From: an uncultured Acidimicrobiales bacterium
GTDB lineage: Bacteria > Actinomycetota > Acidimicrobiia > Acidimicrobiales > SZUA-35
Length of the DNA stretch: 64,000 nt
Direction of reading: 5' to 3'
Assembly (NCBI GenBank): GCA_963698395.1
Contig: CAVOQQ010000006.1
Span: 482,098-546,097, forward strand
How positions within the stretch are numbered: the stretch's first letter is position 1; each line of letters begins with the position of its first letter. The position numbers and the translations under genes were made by a program. The notes beneath the pieces are model-generated. The model was not told the origin of the DNA. It saw only the letters and a program-made list of their open reading frames with translations, and did not search any database. Of this stretch, positions 52,475 through 59,909 are shown in pieces.

Positions 52475-54803
52475 TCGTCGCCGTCGAGTGGGACCTGCAA
52501 CGGATCCTCGCTGCGGGATCGATCGTGCTCACCGTGGTCTTCGTTGCCATCGCAATCGTGACGGCCCGCCGGCCCCGCCCGGTTCGGGTCGGGTTCGACC
52601 TGGCGCGGCTCGCGGTGTCGATCGTGTCGGTCGCAGCGATGACCGCGATCGTCGGTGTCTCGAGCGAACTCGGGTGGGTCTTGCTCGCACTCGGCGGCGG
52701 CCTACTCCTCGGGACCGGTCAAGGGTGGTTCACGAAGATCAATTGGCGAGACGGTAGGGCGCTCGCATCCCGAACCGTCACGGGAATCGTCGTGTGGGCC
52801 GCTGGCGTGGTGGTGATGCAGGTGGCCGGGGTGTTGGCGCAAAGCAGGGCCTTGCAGATCGGTCAGGCCGTTTCGTGGTTCGGTGTCGGTGTCATGGCAG
52901 GCACGATCGCCGGACGCCAACCTCGTATCGAGCGGAGCGCACTCGGCGCCCGGGCGGGAAGTGTCGTGGCTGCCGTCTTGGTCGTTGCCGTTCCGGCAAT
53001 GTTCGGAGTTGCGCAATCGGGCGAGGCCTCTGCCCAGGCCGATGCCGAGTGGGTACTCGTCGAGACACAGGTCAATCCGGATGGGGACGCGGACCCGGTG
53101 AACTGGGTGGTCACGGCAACGGACCGCTCGCTGACCGTCGTCGAGTCGTTCGGACCCGACGACCTGATCGGTGCCGAGGCGTTGTTCGAGGCATCGTGGA
53201 CCGCGCCCCCGACCGGCTCGAGCCCGGCGCTTCGCTTTCCATCCCGGTCACGGTGTCGGGTCGCAACACGGGCAACCTGAACACGCAGTACTTCTTCGGG
53301 CTCAACGTGATCATGCTGGTCGACCACCGATGGAACGACCAGGCGGTCGGAGCCGGGGCGAGCTGCGTCCAGACGACGGTGATCAGTGGTGAGTACGTGT
53401 GTAGCGATCCGGAGACGAACTCCGGGGTGCTTCAGACCACGGTGCCGACCAGCGGCGAGTCGTACACGATCGGGATCAGCGCGCTGAACTGCGGCAACGC
53501 CTGCTACGTGATCTGGACCTACCGACTCGTATCGGCATCGACCGTGACTCAGGCTCCAGCCACCCCGGTGCCCTCGAGCGTTCCGGCCACCGGTTCGACG
53601 CTGGCCCCGACCAGTGAGCCTCCGCCAGGCGAGGACAGCGGGCTCGTGACGCCGCTGACTCCGGTCGCGACTCCGGACGAGATCGACTCCGATGCGGCGA
53701 TCGGGCAGGCCATCGGCGGTTTGATCGCAGCGGTGGCCATCGGACTCATCTCGGCCGCCGACGCCGGTGTGCTGATCAGCTCGATCCTCGGACAGGGTCC
53801 GCTGAGCCCGGACGAGGCCATGACCCAAATCGATCGCGTCTTCGAGCCGGTCGAGCCGGTCGAGCCGGTCCAACCGGTCCAACCGGTCGAACCCCATGAG
53901 CCCCCTGAGCCCCCTGAGCTCGTTTCGTCCCTCCCCGTAGAGCCGCCCGCGCCCCCGGCGCCCTCCCTCGTGCCGCCGCTGCCGCCCCAACCGCCGTCTC
54001 GTCCCGTCCGCGATTCGCATCGGACGAGTCAGGTGGATTCGAGCGATCCATGTGGAGCGCTGGTCAGCAACTATCGGGATTCGCTTCGGAAGTGGATGGA
54101 CATCCAGAACCGAATTCTCCCCCTGGAGAACGAGCGCTGGGCGCTCACCCAATACATCGAAAAGGACGCAGAGTCCGATTTCTGGGGCGCAGCTTCCTAC
54201 CTCGCGACACTCGGATTCGACACGCTCGCGGGCCCGACCACCTCGTCGGGCACGCTCGACGCAATGGTGTCGGCGTTCGAGCAGAGCTTGCGGCGCAGCG
54301 TCATGACACAAGCACTTCAGGCTGCGTTCATGGGGGAGGAGTTCGACCCCGACGAGGTCGCCCAGAAGGCAGTGACGGACGCAATCGGCTTCCGATCAGC
54401 GGAGCAGGGCGATCCTACCCAGGCTGCGTTCGGCGCCTTCCTCAAGGAGAGTCTCACCGGCCTGGCAGCCCAGATCGCCGGCTCCAAGGCGCTCCGGACG
54501 GTGAAGGCGTCGGTCGAAGCGGGAGTGTTGAGCGCCGCCGACGCCCAGCGTTTGGAAGCGACGGTGCAGGGATCCTTCGCTCGCGACATCGGGCCGGTGC
54601 TCGGCGTCGGGTTCAAGGCCTATGAGCTCTGGTCGAAGAACAGCGAGTGGGGTGAGGGGGCCGAGCGGAGGGCCCACATGCGGAATCATCTCGTCGACCT
54701 CGGCACCAGAATCCACGAGCTCGAGCTCGACCGGGCCGAGGTCGAGCTGAGCCGCAATGTCGATCGCCAGCAGCTTGCTCGATGCCGAGCGGAGAACCCA
54801 TGA
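52471..54803 (+). pseudogene. Large hypothetical envelope-spanning protein, reading frame broken at a C5 run (53206-53210); a frameshifted gene or an assembly indel
   Basis: ATG 52471 overlaps the upstream stop (ATGA). Frame 1 (polytopic membrane N-terminus ...LFEASWTAPP) loses GC3 bias after ~53210. Frame 0 gains it from ~53190 (...DRLEPGASLSIPVTVSGRNTGNLNTQYFFGLN...). One added C would give a continuous ~777-aa protein: multi-TM, Cys-containing beta domain, TM, (EPV)n Pro-rich tract, ~260-aa helical domain. Confidence 0.6.
53844..53915 (+). repeat. 8 x 9-bp in-frame tandem repeat encoding EPVEPVEPVQPVQPVEPHEPPEPP
   Basis: gagccggtc x3, caaccggtc x2, gaaccccat, gagccccct x2, all contiguous. 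Confidence 0.9.
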
Positions 54804-55483
54804 CCCACGCGATGCTCGCCTGGTATGGACCCGAAGCCCTTGATGAGGTCACACGTCACGTGGTGCTCGATCCAGCGTTCGAGGCGGACGAGGACGTCAG
54901 TTATCGCGATCGCAGCGGTGGTTGGTGGCGTCCCCAGCGCGACGGTTCGTGGGTCTTCCGCAGCGACACGGGCTGGCAGCGGGCAAGGCGGCCGCAGTGG
55001 CTCGAGGGTGTGGCGCCGTTGCCCGCGGGGACGGCCGCGACCACCAGCTCCGAGGCCGTCGGGCAGCCCTCGGAACCGCAGGGCGACATCGGGGCGGTCG
55101 CCGGACTCGTTCGCTGCGTCGAGCGCGTCAGACGTTCCTATCGATTGGGCGAGGTGGTGTCGACGATGGCGGAACTCGTGCTGTCGGATTGGATGTTGCT
55201 CACACGTGACGGGCGACCGTGGACCGTTGGTGTGCGGTCGGGGTCCTGGTACGCCTATGGCCGGCACGGATGGGAATCGGCAGACGGCCCACCCGAGGGA
55301 CCGTTCGAATCGGGTGTCGAGGCCGAAGCGATCGTTCGCGATGTGGCGAGCTGGGCCCAGCTCTGGGCAGTGCACGGGCCGCACCTTCCCGAGTCCGTGA
55401 CATCGGAGTGGATCGTGCCCGACCCGCCAACCTCATTCGTGTCGCCGCCGGCGCCACCGATCGACGAGCAGGCACCGCCGTAG
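54800..55483 (+). CDS. Trp-rich cytoplasmic hypothetical protein
   Basis: ATG 54800 overlaps the upstream stop (ATGA). 227 aa, no TM. It has repeated RDG(x)W...G(S)W...GW motifs (RDGSWVFRSDTGWQRA; RDGRPWTVGVRSGSWYAYGRHGWESA). Confidence 0.55.
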   Translation: MTHAMLAWYGPEALDEVTRHVVLDPAFEADEDVSYRDRSGGWWRPQRDGSWVFRSDTGWQRARRPQWLEGVAPLPAGTAATTSSEAVGQPSEPQGDIGAVAGLVRCVERVRRSYRLGEVVSTMAELVLSDWMLLTRDGRPWTVGVRSGSWYAYGRHGWESADGPPEGPFESGVEAEAIVRDVASWAQLWAVHGPHLPESVTSEWIVPDPPTSFVSPPAPPIDEQAPP

Positions 55484-55500
55484 CTGGGCTGGCGTTCGCG

Positions 55501-56310
55501 ATGAGCTGGGCGGTTTGGGGGTCGGCGATCATGCTTCCGGGCTTGGCGGATGCAACGAGCCTGATCGTCATTCTCGGCTCCTATGGGCCATTCGTGTCTG
55601 CCTTGGTCGTTGCCAGACAGTCAGAAGGGGCGTGGTCCTGGTTCCGCCGGGTCGCATGGCCGAACCGACGATGGCGGTTCGTCATGCTCGGCGTACTCAT
55701 CTTGCCTCTGCTGATCGCGACGGCTCATCTGGTGGTGTACGTGCTGTTCGTCGGCTCGGCGTCGCTGTCTGATGATCCAGCTTGGTATTGGGTGGCTGCG
55801 GCTGCGCCGATCAACGTCGGACTGCTGTTCTGGCTGGGAAGTGGAATGGAGGAATTCGGATGGCAAGGGGTGGGTGTGCCGGCCCTGGTCGCGAGGTTCG
55901 GTCCTTTCGTGGCAGCGGTGGTTCACGGTCTGCTTTGGGGGACCTGGCACCTCCCGCTGTATCTGATCGATGCATGGAGTGGTCGCGGCCAATCCGTGCC
56001 GGCGTTGTACGGCATCACACTCACACTCAGCCCGATCATGATCTGGTTGACCCGCAGCGCTGCCGGTTGTGTGATTCCAGCGGTCTTGTTCCACACGGCG
56101 ACCAATCATTACTCGGAGCTCTACACCGATGAAGTGAATCGCCGACTGTTCGACCCACCCATCGGCGATTCCTTCGACCTCATCAAGATCGGCATCTATC
56201 TGACGATCGCCACCACCATCGTGGCCGCAACAGGGCGGCGGCTCTCGAATCGGTCCGTCGGTGTCACTCCAGCAGAGATCGATGAGCCGCCTGAGAGCCG
56301 TCGCCATTGA
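55501..56310 (+). CDS. CPBP-family intramembrane glutamic endopeptidase (CAAX protease / Abi family)
   Basis: ATG 55501. Multiple TM helices. CPBP motifs are MEEFGWQG (EExxxR-like), LLWGTWH (FxxxH-like) and FHTATN (HxxxN). The 5' part of the 363-aa track ORF overlaps the upstream gene in another frame. Confidence 0.75.
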   Translation: MSWAVWGSAIMLPGLADATSLIVILGSYGPFVSALVVARQSEGAWSWFRRVAWPNRRWRFVMLGVLILPLLIATAHLVVYVLFVGSASLSDDPAWYWVAAAAPINVGLLFWLGSGMEEFGWQGVGVPALVARFGPFVAAVVHGLLWGTWHLPLYLIDAWSGRGQSVPALYGITLTLSPIMIWLTRSAAGCVIPAVLFHTATNHYSELYTDEVNRRLFDPPIGDSFDLIKIGIYLTIATTIVAATGRRLSNRSVGVTPAEIDEPPESRRH

Positions 56311-56339
56311 ACCTCACCGGTCGCCGGCGACAGATCCTC

Positions 56340-56466
56340 GCCATCCTGGCTCTGTCTATGGTCGCCATCCTGGCTCTGTCCATGGTCGCCATCCTGGCTC
56401 TGTCATGGTCGCCATCCTGGCTCGGCGCCATCCTGGCTCTGTCCATGGTCGCCATCCTGGCGGTGT
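56340..56466. repeat. Minisatellite of about 5.5 tandem copies of a 24-bp unit (GCCATCCTGGCTCTGTCCATGGTC) between convergent genes
   Basis: Units start at 56340 (24 bp), 56364 (24), 56388 (23, 1-nt deletion), 56411 (16, truncated), 56427 (24) and 56451 (partial). Each unit contains the mini-hairpin GCCA-TCC-TGGC, and most contain CCATGG. Confidence 0.9.
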
Positions 56467-56484
56467 CGTTGGGCGGCTCTTCCC

Positions 56485-58047
56485 TCAGTTGACGGCGCGA
56501 TCTCGGCCCTCCCAGTAGGGCTTGCGCATCTCGACCTTCAGGATCTTGCCCGAGGGGTTGCGGGGAATCTCGTCGACCCGCTCCACCCGGGACGGGAGCT
56601 TGAAGCGGGCGAGCCGTTCGGCGCAGTGGGCGATGATGTCTTCCTCGCTGGGTTCTTCACCCGGCTTGGGGATGATGAGCGCCAACGGCGTCTCACCCCA
56701 ACGATCGCTGGGGATCCCGATCACGGCCACATCGGCGATGGCCGGGTGGGCCATGATGGCGTTCTCGATTTCGGCCGGGTACACGTTCTCGCCGCCCGAG
56801 ACGATCATGTCCTTCACCCGGTCGTGGATGAACAGGTAGCCGTCTTCGGTGTAGCCGGCGTCGCCGGTGCGGAACCAGCCGAGGCCGTCGGCGTCTCGCC
56901 CTTCGGGGAAGACCTCCTCGGTGGCGCCTTCGTTGCGCCAGTAGCTCTTCATGTTCTGCTGCGTGCGGGCCCAGATCTCGCCGACCTCGCCGTCGCCGAG
57001 CGACTGGCCGTCGTCTCCAACGATACGAAGCTCGACACCAGGAACTGGCTTGCCTGCCGATCGGAGCAGCTTGGCCCGAGGCCCCGCCGGATCATGATCT
57101 TCGGGTGGCAGCCAGGTGATCACGCCGGTGGTTTCGGTCAATCCGTAGGCCTGGGCGTGGGGGCACTTGAGCAGCGCCATCGAAGCGACGAGGACCTCCT
57201 CGGTGATCGGGGACGCTCCGTAGAAGATCGACTGCAGCGACGAGAAGTCGACGTCGGATGCGCCGGGAATCATGGGGAGCACCTGGAGGAGCGCGGGGAC
57301 CATGAACGCCGTGGTCACGCCTCGGCCGGGAATGTCGGCGAAGATCCGACCGGGGTCGACGTCTCGGTGCACCACGTTGGTGGCGCCGTTGGCGAGGCCG
57401 ACAGTTGCGACGCCACTTCCGCCGATGTGGAAGAGCGGGAGCACGTGCAGCACCACACTGTCGGCACTCATCCCGATCATCTCGCTGATCGGTCCGACGA
57501 TCGCCTCGAAGTTGCGATTGCTGAGTTCGGCGCCCTTGGGGAGTCCGGTGGTTCCGGAGGTGTAGAGCTGCACACCGGTGTCGTCGAGGTCGGTCGGGTA
57601 GTTGGGGTCATCGGTCGAGCGACCGCTGATCCAGTCGGCATACGAGCGGTGCTCGGAGTCTTCACCGACCACGACGATCAACGGGGCTTGCGGCAGGTCC
57701 ATCTTGGCGAGGTGGTCGAGGAACTCGGCCTCGACGAGCACCACCTTGGCCTCGGCGTTGTCGAGAATGTACGCCATCTCCGGTGGGGCGAGGCGCCAGT
57801 TGACCGCAACGGTGACGGCGTTGATCTTGGCGGCGCCGAAGAAGAGTGTGAAGTACTCGGCGATGTTCTTGCCGACGAATCCGACCCGATCCTGCGAACC
57901 GACCCCCGACTCGATGAGAGCGTTGGCGACCTGGGAGCTCTCGGCGTCGAGTTCGGCATAGGTCAGCGTCCGGTCATCACAGATCAGCGCCGGCTTGTCG
58001 GGGCGCTCGGCCGCTTGGGTTCGGCAGATATCGGCGAGGCAGAACAT
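56485..58047 (-). CDS. Acyl-CoA synthetase (long/medium-chain fatty-acid-CoA ligase)
   Basis: ATG 58047, preceded by AAGGAGA (MFCLADICRTQAAERPDKPALI...). AMP motif LYTSGTTGLPKGAEL, plus TGDAGYTEDGYLFIHDRVKD. Confidence 0.9.
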   Translation of the reverse strand: MFCLADICRTQAAERPDKPALICDDRTLTYAELDAESSQVANALIESGVGSQDRVGFVGKNIAEYFTLFFGAAKINAVTVAVNWRLAPPEMAYILDNAEAKVVLVEAEFLDHLAKMDLPQAPLIVVVGEDSEHRSYADWISGRSTDDPNYPTDLDDTGVQLYTSGTTGLPKGAELSNRNFEAIVGPISEMIGMSADSVVLHVLPLFHIGGSGVATVGLANGATNVVHRDVDPGRIFADIPGRGVTTAFMVPALLQVLPMIPGASDVDFSSLQSIFYGASPITEEVLVASMALLKCPHAQAYGLTETTGVITWLPPEDHDPAGPRAKLLRSAGKPVPGVELRIVGDDGQSLGDGEVGEIWARTQQNMKSYWRNEGATEEVFPEGRDADGLGWFRTGDAGYTEDGYLFIHDRVKDMIVSGGENVYPAEIENAIMAHPAIADVAVIGIPSDRWGETPLALIIPKPGEEPSEEDIIAHCAERLARFKLPSRVERVDEIPRNPSGKILKVEMRKPYWEGRDRAVN

Positions 58048-58245
58048 CGGTGGTCTCCTTGAGTGTCGGTTCGTGATGGCTGGGTCTTGCTCGCTGGGTC
58101 GAGCGACGAGTGGCCGTGAACTTAGTCCGAGTCGGCCGGCGGCCACCGAGATTCGGGCTCAAAGCCAAGGGCCTCGCTGCAGGAAGTGCTGGAAGCCTCT
58201 GAGCTTTCACTGGAGACTTGGGCGACCATCGGATTACGGTGCCCT

Positions 58246-59040
58246 ATGACTCGCTTGACTTCTCGTTCTCGCTCGGTTGCCGGCAAACGGGTGATCGTCA
58301 CCGGCGCCGCCTCGGGCATGGGGCGGGCGACCGCCCACCTCTTTGCCGACGAGGGTGCCCGAGTGGCGGTCGTCGACCTCGACGCCGAAGGTGTGCTCAC
58401 GGTCGTCGATGAGATTCGTGACGCTCATGGCAACGACGTCGCCGAAGGGTTCACGTGTGACGTGAGCGATCACGCCGCCGTCAAGCAATTGGTTCGCGAC
58501 GTGCGTGAGCGACTGGGCGGCATCGACGTCTTGATCAACAACGCCGGCGTCGCCCTGCCGACCTCGGCCATGCAAGACGAGGAATCCTACGAGGCCAACT
58601 GGGCGAAGACCATCGCCGTGAACCTCACCGCCCACTCGTGGTTGGTCAGGGAATGCCTGCCCGACCTCCAGGCTGCCGAGGGAGGTGGACGGGTCGTGAA
58701 CATCGCGTCGACCGAGGCCATCGTCACCACGGCGGGAATGGCTGCGTACACCGCAACCAAGTCCGGTGTCGTCGGACTCACCAAGAGCCTGGCGGTGGAA
58801 CTCGGTCGGACGGGGATCACCGTCAACTGCATCTGTCCCGGCCCGATCAACACCGGGATGACGGCCGGACTCGACGACGAGTCGAAAGAGATCTACGCCA
58901 AGCGGCGCGTGCCGCTTCGCCGGTACGGCGATCCGGAGGAGGTCGCCCACATCACGCTCAGCATGTGCATGCCGGCGGCCAGCTACCTGAACGGTGCGAT
59001 CGTCCCGGTCGACGGTGGCATGAGCATCCGTCACACCTGA
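58246..59040 (+). CDS. Short-chain dehydrogenase/reductase (FabG-like)
   Basis: ATG 58246 (MTRLTSRSRSVAGKRVIVTGAASGMGRATA). NNAG motif, catalytic YTATK, and the C-terminal GAIVPVDGG. Confidence 0.85.
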   Translation: MTRLTSRSRSVAGKRVIVTGAASGMGRATAHLFADEGARVAVVDLDAEGVLTVVDEIRDAHGNDVAEGFTCDVSDHAAVKQLVRDVRERLGGIDVLINNAGVALPTSAMQDEESYEANWAKTIAVNLTAHSWLVRECLPDLQAAEGGGRVVNIASTEAIVTTAGMAAYTATKSGVVGLTKSLAVELGRTGITVNCICPGPINTGMTAGLDDESKEIYAKRRVPLRRYGDPEEVAHITLSMCMPAASYLNGAIVPVDGGMSIRHT

Positions 59041-59090
59041 CCGACAACCGGCCTCGCACGCTTCGGCCGGCGCAACGAGAAGAGGGAACC

Positions 59091-59909
59091 ATGTCGACAG
59101 TGAAGGTGACGGCTCGCAACACCTCGCCGGACTCGAAGAACCCGATCCACACCGATGCAGCGCTACGGCACGGTTTCTCCGGTGCCATCGTCCCTGGTCT
59201 CACCCTGTTCGCCTATGCGTTTGCCGAACCGCACGAGCGATGGGGCGACGAGTGGTTGGGGCGAGGTGAGGCGTCCATGCGTTTCAAGCGGCCCGTCTAC
59301 GACGGTGACTCGCTCCTGATCACGTGCACGGAACGAGCCGAGTCCGGTGGGGCCGACCATGAAGCCGATGCCGTCGCTGATGACGTGCTCGACGTCGAAG
59401 TGCACGTCGAGGGTCGAGGTCTATGCGCCGATGGCAGCTTCCGGCGTCGGACCGATACCGCTCGCCCGTACGCCATCTCGTTCCCTGGTGGTCCGACACC
59501 AACGGATCCGCCACCGGTCGACGAGCAGCGATTGCGCAACGCCGGGCCGCTGCCGGTCCTGCCGATCGACACCTCACCGGCGTCGGTGACGTCGTGGCTC
59601 GCTGCCCACGAGATCGAGGATCCGATCTATCGCCGAGTGCTCCATCCGGCGATGCTGTCTCGGGTCTCGGCCCACGTGCTTCCGCTGCGTTTTCGCTTCG
59701 ATGATCCGCGTGTCCATCGCGGACTGCGGGCGTCGTTCTTCGGGACTCGTCCCATCGGCACCCCGATGTCGGCCCGGGGCCGGGTCATGCGGGTGTGGGA
59801 CCACCGTGGACACGGGTACGTGTCGAGTGAGTTCGTCGTGATCGACGACCGGACCGACGACGTCGTCGTGCATCTCGAGAGCGAGTCGATCTTTCGGTTG
59901 CGGTCATGA
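59091..59909 (+). CDS. MaoC-like / double hot-dog fold (de)hydratase family protein
   Basis: ATG 59091, preceded by GAGAAGAGGGA. N-terminal NPIHTDAALRHGFSGAIVPG (MaoC hydratase motif). 272 aa, consistent with two hot-dog halves. Confidence 0.7.
   Translation: MSTVKVTARNTSPDSKNPIHTDAALRHGFSGAIVPGLTLFAYAFAEPHERWGDEWLGRGEASMRFKRPVYDGDSLLITCTERAESGGADHEADAVADDVLDVEVHVEGRGLCADGSFRRRTDTARPYAISFPGGPTPTDPPPVDEQRLRNAGPLPVLPIDTSPASVTSWLAAHEIEDPIYRRVLHPAMLSRVSAHVLPLRFRFDDPRVHRGLRASFFGTRPIGTPMSARGRVMRVWDHRGHGYVSSEFVVIDDRTDDVVVHLESESIFRLRS

Noticed and set aside
56340-56466. Possible CRISPR array
   Set aside because: The repeats are directly contiguous (24-bp period) with no unique spacers, the units are degenerate or truncated, and no cas genes are in the window. 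This is a minisatellite, not CRISPR.
56307-56492. 61-aa ORF encoding (ILALSMVA)n, and the parallel repeat ORFs 56261..56518+ and 56264..56455-
   Set aside because: The ORFs exist in several frames only because the underlying 24-bp DNA repeat is stop-free. The 23- and 16-bp units shift the frame, which argues against selection on a peptide. There is no RBS. I keep it as a DNA repeat, but it is listed as refutable in the findings.
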